DNA from: Macrostomum lignano | Lineage: Eukaryota | Reading direction: 5' to 3' | Assembly (NCBI GenBank): GCA_002269645.1 | Contig: NIVC01002252.1 | Location: forward strand, 1-64,000 | DNA length: 64,000 bases | In this document: one piece after another, positions 1 through 12,253 of the stretch | Layout: each line of letters starts with the position of its first letter | Numbering within the stretch: position 1 is the first letter of the stretch | Made by a program: the position numbers and the translations under genes | The notes under the pieces: model-generated | What the model saw: the letters and a program-made list of their open reading frames with translations, nothing else | What the model was told of the DNA's origin: nothing | Databases searched by the model: none

Positions 1-572
1 GCATATTGATGTAAACAAAGCAGGCAGTCATAAAATCTTCAAGTCCAAGCTGCATCCATCGCACACTGCGTAAAACTTTTAAGTAAAAATCGACATTAGC
101 GAAAGCTTTCTTTAGCTAAATATTAGATTTTCAAGAAGGATTTTTACAAATTGCTGCAGTTGTTGGTGCTATGCAACACGAGATTCACCGCCAGCAACCC
201 AGACTGCTCCTCCACGAGTCAAGCCGGTGAGGCAGCGAAATTTAGCACGTAAAATGCATATCAACTCCAGCTAACACAGAGATTGAAAGTAAAGCACTAT
301 CTACTCTTTTCAGTGACAGTGCAGCTGAGCAGGGCTGACGTTCTGCGCACCTGGCAACCCAGCGGCGCGCACTGCCGTTGGTGGGAGAGTCGCAGTCAGA
401 GACAAACCGATTCCCTGCTGCTGTGCGGCCCGGGCCTCGTGGCTTGTGATGCAGCTGACGCAAGCCGATGATGCTGGAGGCGGTAAGCGTGCGAGACTGG
501 GGTGAGTGACGCTGACCGACTCATTCTCATGATGCATGATGAGGCAGAGGGAGCCTTGGACCCAAAGTGTGA

Positions 573-1455
573 GACAGTGTGATGCTAGCATCTAATTAGC
601 ACTCTGAGACAGTGTGAGACCAGCTAGTATCTAATTAGCACTCTGAGACAGTGTGAGACCAGCTAGCATCTAATTAGCACTCTGAGACAGTGTGAGACCA
701 GCTAGCATCTAATTAGCACTCTGAGACAGTGTGAGACCAGCTAGCATCTAATTAGCACTCTGAGACGGTGTGAGACCAGCTAGCATCTAATCAGCACTCT
801 GAGACAGTGTGAGATCAGCTAGCATCTAATTAGCACTCTGAGACAGTGTGAGACCAGCTAGCATCTAATTAGCACTCTGAGACAGTGTGAGACCAGCTAG
901 CATCTAATTAGCATCTAATTAGCACTCTGAGACAGTGTAAGACCAGCTAGCATCTAATTAGCACTCTGAGACACTATGATACCAGCTAGCATCTAATTAG
1001 CACTCTGAGACAGTGTGAGACCAGCTAGCATCTAATTAAGCACTCTGAGACAGTGTGAGACCAGCTAGCATCTAATTAGCACTCTGAGACAGTGTGAGAC
1101 CAGCTAGCATCTAAATTAGCACTCTGAGACAGTGTAAGACAGCTAGCATCTAATTAGCACTCTGAGACAGTAGACCAGCTAGTATCTAATTAGCACTCTG
1201 AGACAGTGTGAGACCAGCTAGCATCTAATTAGCACTCTGAGACAGTGTGAGACCAGCTAGCATAATTAGCACTCTGAGACAGTGTGAGACCAGCTAGCAT
1301 CTAATTAGCACTCTGAGACAGTGTGAGACCAGCTAGCATCTAATTAGCACTCTGAGACAGTGTGAGACCAGCTAGCATCTAATTAGCACTCTGAGACAGT
1401 GTGAGACCAGCTAGCATCTAATTAGCACTCTGAGACAGTGTGAGACCAGCTAGCA
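573..1455. repeat. 39-bp minisatellite (GCACTCTGAGACAGTGTGAGACCAGCTAGCATCTAATTA), about 22 units, A1 intron 2
   Basis: Direct tandem units read from sequence, with a few 1-11 nt indel variants; the last unit merges into the exon-3 acceptor GTGTTGCAG. Confidence 0.97.
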
Positions 1456-3299
1456 GCCAAGCACTCGTGTTGCAGATGGCCAGTGGCACGCAGCAGCTCC
1501 GGTCGGCTCGCCTGTGTCAGCGGTCGGAGCCTCGAGCCTCCCGCTGGAGCTGCAGCTGGAGGATCCGTGCCGCGCCAGCTGGGAGGCCTTCGGCAGCAGC
1601 GACCGCTGGAGGCAGATTGGGGTGAACGGAGTAGATCAAGTAAGCTGCTTCATTTGAATTATCTTATCATAATAATGAAATTAATAAATCCATCCATTTC
1701 ACACTTCAGCCGTAGTTCGTTTCCTTGTGCTAAGTAGCTGAGAACTGCTGGACTTAGCTGGAGGGCCGCGTCTCATTAACAGGTTCCAAAGAGACTTTTA
1801 AATTTTATGAAGTTATCACTGAATCATAGCTTATTGTGAATTAAGTGCTTTAGAAGCAGGTGCAATTTTTCTTGTAGGTCGCTTTCTACCGCTGAGCCTC
1901 ACAGTAACTGACAACCGTTTTTGCCCTCTGAGAGACCTGTCCGCCTTGCACGATGGAGTTGAAGCCTGCTTCTCTGTTTCAAGATGTACCAGCGAATCAA
2001 TTCAATGCTTCTTTAACCTAAGCAATGGCGCAACTCTGGAGCCGAGACTGGTCTGCTCAACTCTTCTTTATAGCGTGCTATCAATACTTCTTGCACTGAC
2101 TTGATACAAAATTCGCTTTTTCAGCTACGAAGCCAAAAGCAGCAAGCTGAATTCGAGTTCACAGCCAATTTCTCGCTGCACGGAGCACTGCTCACCTGTC
2201 TTCTGCCTGATCGGCCAGGGATTCGAATCGAGCAGACCATTGGAATCGTTGGTGAGAAAGAAGTGTCTGCCTGAGTTAAAAAATGTATTTTAAGTCCGCT
2301 TTGAAGATTACAAAGCGAAACATGCACTTTTCAGTCACACCAAGTGTTGAACTGTCGTTATCAACCGTGTGGGTGATTGGTCGCAGAGCCAAGGTGTACT
2401 TTTTCTCAAGCCCAGCTTATCCTCCTCAGCAGCACAGGTGCCAAATTATCTCTGGCAGCAGCACCTGGGAACTGAATGAGCATTTTAGTAAGGTAAGTAG
2501 TATTATATTATTGTTGAAAATGCTGTACCTTGCCCAATCATGTACTTTTCCATGAAATAAACTTCCAGACTAGACAGGCTTATATCAGGAACAGCATCAA
2601 CATGTCGCTAACTGAAGTAAAGTCTGAATTTGTTGTCACAGTCACGTCAGACATGCTGAATGGCACCGTGAGATGCAGTAGCAGCTATAAAAGTACAAGT
2701 CAAGGAGAAGTCATGAAAGATATCGATATTTCAAGCATCAGCGGTAAGTGCTTGCATTAGAGAATCTCCTATACGCCCGATTGGAAGAGCCATAAAATCT
2801 CCTCATTTCAGAGCCTTGCACAACTGCCATTCATGTAGACAACATCCAGTACTCGTATCAGGTTGTACAAGTGACGTCACTGAAGTGCAGCATTTGGAAT
2901 GTTCAGCACAGCTGCTGGCTTGTCAAGCCCAAAGAAGATGTCCTGGAGCATCTAATTAAGCTTGCTGTACGGTTCTTTGATTTTGTAATAATGCTTTTTA
3001 TTCAGAAGTTACTGCAACAATATCTGATGTCTTCTATTGCAGCAAGACGGCTTCAGCAGCACTCACAGGTTGAATATTATGAAACAAGAGCAGAAAAGAG
3101 ACTGGCTAGTGAGATGCAGCGTTAATCAGTCGGGAGTGACATACCCGGATGTGGAAATTGAGTTAGCAAGCGATGCTGACAGTGAGTCAAACGATGCATT
3201 CAATCACTGTTAATTGTTCCAATGCAAGTTCAAAGGTTTTTTACCACTTAAATCTACACTACACGTTGCTACATTTGTACTCGTATTAATACGAGCGTA

Positions 3300-3545
3300 A
3301 TGCAAGAGACCTGCGAGCACCCCGACGCTACGTCTTCGGCGACCTTGTCCGCAATCAGCTGCCGCGTTCCGCTCACTCCTGATCACATACGAGCGTACGA
3401 GCGCCTCAATACTGCACACAGGCACGCACTCATACGCACGCTCCCACAAGGTGTACTGCGGCCCTGACTTTCTAAGCGTCAGGCATGTACCTCTCTGGGC
3501 CTTAAGGGCTGGTCCTCATGAGCACTGAGCACGTTTGCTCTACTC
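3300..3545 (-). mobile_element. Diverged fragment related to SINE family 2
   Basis: GTGTACTGCGGCCCTGACTTT...AGGCATGTAC resembles 31400-31450 (GTGTACAGCGGCCCCTGACTTT...AGGCATGTAC); absent from the homologous A5 intron. Confidence 0.45.
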
Positions 3546-4551
3546 ACACTCCAGAATAAAAACAAATGAGCGTTTTTAATATTATAAACTGTACTCGTTC
3601 GTATTCTGTTGGCTGCCATTAAAGCGACTTTTGATAACAGTCAACCCACAGCCAGCGTGGAGTCGACCCAAATTAATTGGTCATTCCACATGTAAGCACT
3701 CGAGAGTGCTTACTTAAGCAACTATTCTTAATCGTTAAATTTTCAGGTAGTGTATCTTCATTTGCTTATTACCCCTCGTAACTTTGAGGTTGTAACTGTT
3801 GCGAGCCTAAGTGTTCGATGTGTAACTACTCTGCCACTTACTAACCCCACTTTCTTCAGCTTTCTACTATCAGTGTGGACTGAGTTGCATAATTTTGCCG
3901 ATTTTATCTGCCCTCGGCCTCATCCTGAGCTGCATGATTATTCGAAGAATTCGCCGCGCTAAATCAGCAAAGCCAAACTCGACTTCAAGTAGAAGTTCGA
4001 CATTTAGAGGACGACGTACCCTCCTCTCGAGTGCGGCCACCTCGCCGCAGGCACAGGTAGGGTTAGCCACAGATTTAGTTTGTACATTAGGGCACGCATG
4101 TAAGTGTCAAATACTGGTGTTTTGATGAAGAATAGCTTTAAACTTAAAAGAAAATTCTAGCTACCAGGGTTGTTTTGGCTATTCGCTCAAGCACTTTTGC
4201 TATGGCTTTTGCCTGAAACTGAAGCTATTTCTTAGATTAGCCTGGACACAGATTGCCTGGTAAATAGCGCTGCTTATCTGATCAGATTTCAGGTGTGCAC
4301 AGAAGCACAGTTCTAATTAGAACTTCCCTCAGCCTGAACGGCAATATTACATAAGTCCATGTGACTAAAATTTAGCAGTGAATTTCGGTGCATCTAATAC
4401 CAGCTTTTCTAGAGCTAGATCCACTTTTGTTTCTTTAAAAGTTTAATTCCCATTCTAAATAGCAATATAGTAGAGATATTCTGTTGAGTTTGTGAAATGA
4501 ATTGCGATCGCTTTCAATCAAGCGTGCTATGGCCTGCACGAGTATTCTATG

Positions 4552-4945
4552 AAGCCGTAGCCCATTGGTCAATCATGGATGAATAAAACCTTTGGTCTAG
4601 TGCGGCGCTCTGATGTGCCAGCGGCCCAGGCTCGATTCCAAGTGCAGTCATTAATTTGGGGCTAAATTGGAATCTCGGCTTGGCTCTGCTCGTGCAATTA
4701 ACGCCCCTGATCAGGGCCAACCCCCAAGGCACAGTGAAGTGCACATGTCTAAGATAAAGTTAGGGCCGCTGTAAACTCCTGTGTGAGTGAGTGCCTGTGC
4801 GTATGACTGCGTACGTATCCGCGCGCTTGTGTGCCTGCTCAGGGGAGTCGGGGAATGGGCAGCAATGCCTCTCGCCGGTTGTGACAATGTCGCCTAAAGT
4901 GCATCATGGGTGCAAACAGCTCCTTGCCTGTAACAAAAAAATGGC
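4552..4945 (+). mobile_element. tRNA-derived SINE, family 2
   Basis: A-box-like TAGCCCATTGG and B-box-like GGCTCGATTCC in the head; about 390-bp body repeated at 41200 (+) and 31236 (-). Confidence 0.7.
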
Positions 4946-6430
4946 CCTTATATTCCGTAGCCCAGAATCATGAGCAGGCTGAACTGCTAGATAGACAAGG
5001 AAGAAGCTGGCGTGATCAAAGCAATCTGTTAACTTTCTCACCTTTAAGGCCTATTAAAGTATCATGTTAAAATTCTTCAAAAGAAATGACTCTGAATAAC
5101 AGAAATCAATCGTTTCCACCCCCAGCGAGCGGCACCACAGCTCACTCATCATCAGGTTGATTCCTCGGCGTCAGTGAGCACAGGTGGTCCACCACCTGCA
5201 GAAAGCAGCAGCCGCGGCAATGAAAACAAGTCAATTAGCAGTCAAGAGACCGACCCAGTGTACGAAGAAGTATCTTTGTGTGTCTACAGGCCGGTGCACC
5301 CGCTGCCACGGTACTCACGGCAGTTCTCAGAAAAAAATTGTCGACGCGCCCACGACTCCAGTCGGTTTGATTGAAACTCTTGATCACATTCTGTAGGAAC
5401 CATTGAATAGAATGCACTGCAAACGGCACTTCGAGTATGTTCAGTAAACATTCTGATTCTACAAAAATAGGGATTGCTTCATCACTATTTGTATTACTAA
5501 TATTATCATTATTAAATGCACACACCCAGTGTTTTGAGTTTTATTTTTTACGATATTATTTGAGGCAACCTTATAAACACAGCGAAATAAGAAATTAAAA
5601 AAAGCTAGTGCGCAACGTTTTTTGGCGCAAATCGAAATTTAAAATAGAATCTCATATGCGCAAACAAATTATTCGAGATTCTTTTCGGTACCGATATGAA
5701 GCCTCAGGGCAGTTGCATTCTGGCCTGCGTCATGCCTTTGATGTATTTTTTGGGATTTCCATTATAAGAAGGGCCAGATAGAGAATCTAGCGCATTACTG
5801 TGGAGAGAGGAGAGGGAGAGAAAGAAAAGGGAGAGAAAAAGAGAAGAGATAATACAGTTGAGAGAGACAAGCTTTGTGCGGACTGCATTGCTATTTTGAA
5901 GTTTCAAAGGACCAGATGCGTATTAGATAGAGAGACTTCGCAGGTCGCATGTTACCTGGGAACCGCAGTTTGCCAACCCCTGTTTTAGAGTTATTACGTA
6001 AAGTACTTTATCCTCTGTAGGAAGTCGCTGTTAAATTCGAAACTTTATCCATGATTTCCTGTTCAAACTTATAACAGGAGCACAATAAAAGTTCCCACTA
6101 CACCTAAGCAGGAAACGAACTTCACTTCCTACACAGCACCCACATGGCATTTTGGGCAGGTCCTGTTCTCATAAGATATCTTTGGTCTCGCAGTCCTCAT
6201 ATATTGCTTTGCAGGCCAGTTTGTGGTTCGCTAATCTAAACTGTAACAGGGTGTGCTTAAATTCAATTCCAGCTCAAAAGCCAGCTCTGTGTGCTCTGAT
6301 TGATTTTGCTACTCGTCCATGCTGACAGTTTCGCATCATTTTGCTGTTGACTTTAGCTGCAATGCCAGCCTCTGTAGCTATATTGTTGACTATATATGGT
6401 TAGCTATATATGGTTAGCTATATATGGTTA

Positions 6431-6760
6431 GCGGTTGTAGTTTTAGTGGTTAGGGTTTCAGACTCACGACTTGAAGGTTGGGGGTTTGATTCCCGATCGG
6501 ACTGGAACAATTTGTGTCGCTTGATTGAATTTGAATTTTGAATTTGAATTTTGCATTGCTTCATAGTTCACCCAGCTGTAAAATGGGTGCCAGCATTACT
6601 GGGGTAATTGAGGGTGTGTGGCGACCCCAGTCCTTGGACTGAACAGCCGTACGCAGCCTTCAGATGCACCGCGAAATAGCTGCGGCTGAGCTGTCGGTTG
6701 CACATCTGGCCCCATTGGGGCAGGTGTAGTCAATAGTTATTGTTATTATTTATTTATTAC
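6431..6760 (+). mobile_element. tRNA-derived CORE-type SINE, family 1
   Basis: tRNA-like head (AGTGGTTAG...CAGACTCACGACTTGAAGG...GGTTTGATTCCC), CORE-like CACCCAGCTGTAAAATGGG, TTA-rich tail; copies at 9345 and 43535. Confidence 0.7.
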
Positions 6761-7365
6761 GCAGTTATATGTAGTATTCACTGCTATCTGAAGACTTAGC
6801 AACTGAATAACTTTTTTCAAGTTTTTGCAAAATCTATTGTACATTCAATTGTATCGTCTAAAACTTTCGCTGTACTGTAAATAAAAAAATCGTAAAATGG
6901 TAAGTTGTACTTGCTTTAGGATTAGATAATTTAGACTCATACCTCGTTTCTGCGGAATCTGAATTTAAAATTATAGAGAAGTTGATTTCAGTAGTCCCGA
7001 AGGAACATGCACGATCGTCTTTGCAACTATAGAATCATCCTGACGCATCTGAAACTTGTAATTTTAGCTTCAATATTGCAAACTAGACAGCGCAACGGCG
7101 ACTATAATCAAATTCATAACTACAAAAAAGCGTACAACCAGAAATTCAGTTTGGGTTGTTCCTGCCTCGATGCTGCTTTCGAATTAAAGGTTACATAATG
7201 ATCTGGCTGTCACAAACAGTAAGCATCTGTGACGGCAAGAAACACTGAACTTCGCTAGCTGCAGGTAAATTTAAGGCGTGATAAATTTCTGCCATCCAAC
7301 AATATTATCAGCTGAAAGCATAATCCAAGCCAAGTTGCTCAACAAGAAACGAAAAAGAATACCAG

Positions 7366-9135
7366 ATGGATCACAATCTTGTATGCATTCTGGTGCTGTT
7401 ACTGAGCTCAAGAATTGCATGCAATGCTCTGCTCTGCACTGATGCAAGTCACGAGAAGGGTCAGCTGAGTTACTTACTGCCTTTTGAGCCTTTCATTCAT
7501 GCCTCAGAAAATTTAGCGAATCCTTTGCGATAAATGTTTTAGTGACAGTGCAGCTGAGCAGGGCTGACGTTCTGCGCACCTGGCAACCCAGCGGTGCGCA
7601 CTGCCGTTGGTGGGAGAGTCGGCAGTGCTGGAGGCGGTGAGCTTGCGAGACCGGGGTGAGTGACGCTGACCGACTCATTCTCATGATGCATGATGAGGCA
7701 GAGGGAGTTTGAGACACAAAGTGTGAGACAGTGTGAGACCAGCTAGCATCTACGAGCGTAATTAGCACTCTGAGACAGTGTGAGACCAGCTAGCAGCCAA
7801 GCACTCGTGTTGCAGATGGCCAGTGGCGCCAAACACTCGTGTTGCAGATGGCCAGTGGCTCGCAGCAGCTCCGGTCGGCTCGCCCGTGTCAGCGGTCGGA
7901 GCCTCGAGCCTCCCGCTGGAGCTGCAGCTGGAGGATCCGTGCCGCGCCAGCTGGGAGGCCTTCGGCAGCAGCGACCGCTGGAGGCACCTTGGAAGATCTT
8001 ACAACAAGGTAGCAATGTTTACCTCGAACCCGTTGTGTATCTTTGCGGGATCGAGTATTTTAATAAAAGCAAGATCGAGGGAAATTTTTGCTTCAGGGTA
8101 AGGTCCGGTACATACTGGTCAGGAGCTGGACGAATGTTCCGCTAAGTTGGAGTGCCATGAAACTGTCAGGTCTTTTATTAAATTATTAAATCATCCTACT
8201 TATAATGGATGCGTTAAATTTTGTGACAATCGAGGCGCAAGACTAGTGAGTTATCTTTTTTAGGACCTTATGCTCCACTGAACCTCACCGTGATGAACAT
8301 TATGCAATGTTGGTTTAAAAACGTGGAAGCCATGAAGGCTGGGACCTTTGCCTGCCTCTTAGTTTCGAGCTGTCTTAACGGCTCGCTTGGCTGCCTCTTG
8401 AAGTATAGCAACGGGTCAACTCATCACCTGAGACAGGTGTGCCAATCTTTTTAAATAGATTTCGAATTGTCTGGAGCTTTGCTAAATTTTCTTATAAAAC
8501 TCTCCATCATGGCAGCTGAACAACCAGACGCAGCCTGCAGTGTTCGAACTCAGAGCCACCTCGGCAATGCACGATGCGACGCTCAGCTGCTTTCTGACAG
8601 ACTGACCTGCTGAGCGCATTGAGCAGACTATTGGCATTATTCGTGAGAGCGTTTTAATGAGAATGTTTCTGTTTCAGTTGACCCTGCCAGTCTGTCAGTA
8701 TCGGTGTCACCCGTGTGGGTCAGCGGCAGCAGCGTTACTGTGAATGTCACATCAGCTCCGGTTTACCCAGCACTGCATCACAGCTGCAGCATCATTTCTG
8801 CCAGCTCTGATTGGCGTCTGGATGAAAACCGCACAGATGTGAGATGAACTCATGACTTCTCTTTCTGCAGGACATCCTGTGAGATCAACTGTGCCTGACA
8901 ATTCTTATCTTTACTGTTACTCATTGTTGACGTTCAAACAACTTCCAGGTAAAAACGGCTGTCGCAAAAAATGACAAAAATCAGGCCCTGGTGGCGGTGG
9001 CGTCTCAGTTCAGATTCCAGGTCAGCGCCGAGATGCTGAACGGCACGTTGGAATGCGAGGGCAGATTTAGAGACCAAGTGAGGGAAACCGTTGCAGTGCA
9101 AACCAATGAGCGCTTTTTCATATCAGCAATAAGTG
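7366..9135 (+). pseudogene. Family A copy A2, truncated paralogue of A6
   Basis: Signal exon 7366-7459 (MDHNLVCILVLLLSSRIACNA). Exon 2 is 113 nt (76-nt deletion), CGA>TGA at 8603, and no Ig3, TM or tail exons are found after 9135. Confidence 0.8.
7720..7795. repeat. Residual 39-bp minisatellite (about 2 degenerate units), A2 intron 2
   Basis: Same unit as at 573-1455, collapsed. Confidence 0.8.
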
Positions 9136-9344
9136 GTGAGCTTCTTCAGAAAAAAGTTTCCATACTGAATGTAGACATAATTGCGTTTTTATTTGCAATT
9201 CAGCCGTCTAATTTGGTACCCTTTGATGAACTGCCTGTCTGCAAAAAATTCAAACTCCAAATATTTTCAAACTGCTATTATCCTTCTAAAACAGAACAGT
9301 TGACAGAATTATAGGGTCAATCGTACATTCCAAATGTCCGGGTT

Positions 9345-9492
9345 TGTAGCCTGGTGTTTAGAGCGTCGGACTCACAACTTGAAGAACGGGGGTTCGATTC
9401 TCGATCGCACTGGAATAATTTCTATCCTTGAGCAATACACTCAACTCTGCATTGCTTCAGTTCACCCAGCTGTAAAATGGGTGCCAGCATTA
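9345..9492 (+). mobile_element. SINE family 1, partial copy
   Basis: GGACTCACAACTTGAAG...GGTTCGATTCTCG...CCTTGAGCAATACACTCAAC...CACCCAGCTGTAAAATGGGTGCCAGCA. Confidence 0.7.
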
Positions 9493-10114
9493 TGAAAGCT
9501 TGGGCGTATCTCTATCTGATCCGGCGCAACTGCAGAAGTTACCAACATTTGTAAACAGTAGACAGATTCTAGGAAAATCAGTGGTCTGCTATAATTAATT
9601 ATAATCTTGCAATTCTTACATGAATTTCGTCCATCAAAGCAGCCTTTGACTAACTGTGAGGCTAGCAAAGGCAAGCGTGTCAGAGGTCGCTTATAAAAGC
9701 TAATAAAAGCCATGGATTATTGAATACGCTCGTGCAACGAGAAATTATGATCACTGTGACGTTACACCGATCCGCCCAAAAAGCTTCTGAACAATCGCTT
9801 GAAAAAACCATAGTTTACGTGTATATCCAAGTTTTAATCGCATTTCTGCTTGTAGCACCAGATTTTTTTGCTGTTTTAGATTTTAGTAGTTTTGAAGAAC
9901 TTGGAGCCCTAACGCACTTGAAAACCTGCAACCTGCAATCTACCGTAAATACCTAGAAACAACTTCTTTTTAGCGTATCGGACTGGCCGAAAGCGCCACA
10001 GCGATTCTAATCAGATTTATAACTTGAACCGGAATGTGATGTCTCTCACCAAAGCGTACAACCAGAAACTTACCGGCTGGGTCCTTCCTGGCTCGATGCT
10101 TCTTCCGAAAAAAG

Positions 10115-11730
10115 GGTCGGATAAAAAGCTCTTAGCATCTCTCTCTGACTATTCCGATATTTTTAACTGACAACCGTTGAGACAAGTCGGAAAAGCGTGA
10201 CTGAATACAGTAACAAGGTCGGATAAAAAGCTCTTAGCATCTCTCTCTGACTATTCCGATGTTTTTAACTGACAACCGCTGAGACAAGTCGGAAAAGCGT
10301 GACTGAATACAGTAACAAGGTCGGATAAAAAGCTCTTAGCATCTCTCTCTGACTATTCCGATGTTTTTAACTGACAACCGCTGAGACAAGTCGGAAAAGC
10401 GTGACTGAATACAGTAGCAAGGTCGGATAAAAAGCTCTTAGCATCTCTCTCTGACTAGTCCGATGTTTTTAACTGACAACCGTTGAGACAAGTCGGAAAA
10501 GCGTGACTGAATACAGTAACAAGGTCGGATAAAAAGCTCTTAGCATCTCCCTCTGACTATTCCGATGTTTTTAACTGACAACCGCTGAGACAAGTCGGAA
10601 AAGCGTGACTGAATACAGTAACAAGGTCGGATAAAAAGCTCTTAGCATCTCCCTCTGACTATTCCGATGTTTTTAACTGACAACCGCTGAGACAAGTCGG
10701 AAAAGCGTGACTGAATACAGTAACAAGGTCGGATAAAAAGCTCTTAGCATCTCTCTCTGACTAGTCCGATGTTTTTAACTGACAACCGCTGAGACAAGTC
10801 GGAAAAGCGTGACTGAATACAGTAACAAGGTCGGATAAAAAGCTCTTAGCATCTCTCTGACTATTCCGATGTTTTTAACTGACAACCGTTGAGACAAGTC
10901 GGAAAAGCGTGACTGAATACAGTAACAAGGTCTGATAAAAAGCTCTTAGCATCTCTCTGACTATTCCGATGTTTTTAACTGACAACCGTTGAGACAAGTC
11001 GGAAAAGCGTGACTGAATACAGTAACAAGGTCGGATAAAAAGCTCTTAGCATCTCTCTCTGACTAGTCCGATGTTTTTAACTGACAACCGCTGAGACAAG
11101 TCGGAAAAGCGTGACTGAATACAGTAACAAGGTCTGATAAAAAGCTCTTAGCATCTCTCTGACTATTCCGATGTTTTTAACTGACAACCGTTGAGACAAG
11201 TCGGAAAAGCGTGACTGAATACAGTAACAAGGTCTGATAAAAAGCTCTTAGCATCTCTCTGACTATTCCGATGTTTTTAACTGACAACCGTTGAGACAAG
11301 TCGGAAAAGCGTGACTGAATACAGTAACAAGGTCGGATAAAAAGCTCTTAGCATCTCTCTCTGACTAGTCCGATGTTTTTAACTGACAACCGCTGAGACA
11401 AGTCGGAAAAGCGTGACTGAATACAGTAACAAGGTCTGATAAAAAGCTCTTAGCATCTCTCTGACTATTCCGATGTTTTTAACTGACAACCGCTGAGACA
11501 AGTCGGAAAAGCGTGACTGAATACAGTAACAAGGTCTGATAAAAAGCTCTTAGCATCTCTCTGACTATTCCGATGTTTTTAACTGACAACCGCTGAGACA
11601 AGTCGGAAAAGCGTGACTGAATACAGTAACAAGGTCGGATAAAAAGCTCTTAGCATCTCTCTGACTATTCCGATGTTTTTAACTGACAACCGCTGAGACA
11701 AGTCGGAAAAGCGTGACTAAATAGAGTAAC
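10115..11730. repeat. 100/102-bp tandem array, about 16 units, upstream of A3
   Basis: GGTCGGATAAAAAGCTC recurs at 10115, 10217, 10319 and onward; units differ mainly by (CT)n length and a few substitutions; no spacers. Confidence 0.97.
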
Positions 11731-12253
11731 AAAGACAATCCTAACTAGGAAAACGCCACTGCTCCGTATGCTAGACCGAACAGATATTGGTAATCCGCAA
11801 CAGATTGGGAATATACTGGGGATAGGCAATTCATAATAACATCTTCTTTCATAAGAACTATTTAAATCTAAATTGAATTTCTCATCTTAAAGTTCCACAA
11901 TAATCAAATTTTAATAAAAATTTCACAGCTAGAAATGTCTGAGCTGAGCTAAAAAAACTGTCGCCTCTGTCTCTCCTACTAGTGGCAATGGGTAGGGGTA
12001 GAGAATTTCTATTCTACTAGTGGCAAGAAATCAGAAACGTGGAAAACTTGCCATGAAAGCACCAAAACACCAGATGGAGTGAATGCCAGTACAGTCCATT
12101 GCATGCGATCAGATATGATGGGCTTTTATGCTGCTTGCTTAGTGAACACGTCACTTAAAATATAAAAGAAGCTGAATTAAGTCTGCGATTGTAACTTTAA
12201 AACCGGATAGCCAGCAACAGACTCGTAGCAGCAAAGATTTTAATAAAAGACCA

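Larger units (their letters stand above)
133..5374 (+). pseudogene. Family A receptor copy A1 (discoidin-like + 3 Ig-like + TM), disrupted paralogue of A5
   Basis: Same exon series as A5 (133-226, 314-501, 1476-1639, ... TM exon 3860-4056, last exon 5156-5374). The start codon reads AAG at 133 (ATG in A5), exon 2 is 188 nt rather than 189 (1-nt deletion), and exon 4 opens CCG TAG instead of CCC CTA. Confidence 0.8.

Noticed and set aside
3300-4945. Inverted SINE2 pair flanking the A1 TM exon as a driver of exon skipping or circularisation
   Set aside because: The copies are strongly diverged, skipping would frameshift, A1 is already disrupted, and intact A5 lacks the upstream copy.
6431-6500. 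Genuine tRNA genes at 6431, 9345, 43535, 4552, 31560 and 41200
   Set aside because: No complete cloverleaf or acceptor stem; each head is followed by a shared non-tRNA body, which is typical of SINEs.
10115-11730. CRISPR-like appearance of the 102-bp and 39-bp arrays
   Set aside because: Units are contiguous with no unique spacers, there are no cas genes, and the context is an intron-rich eukaryotic locus.
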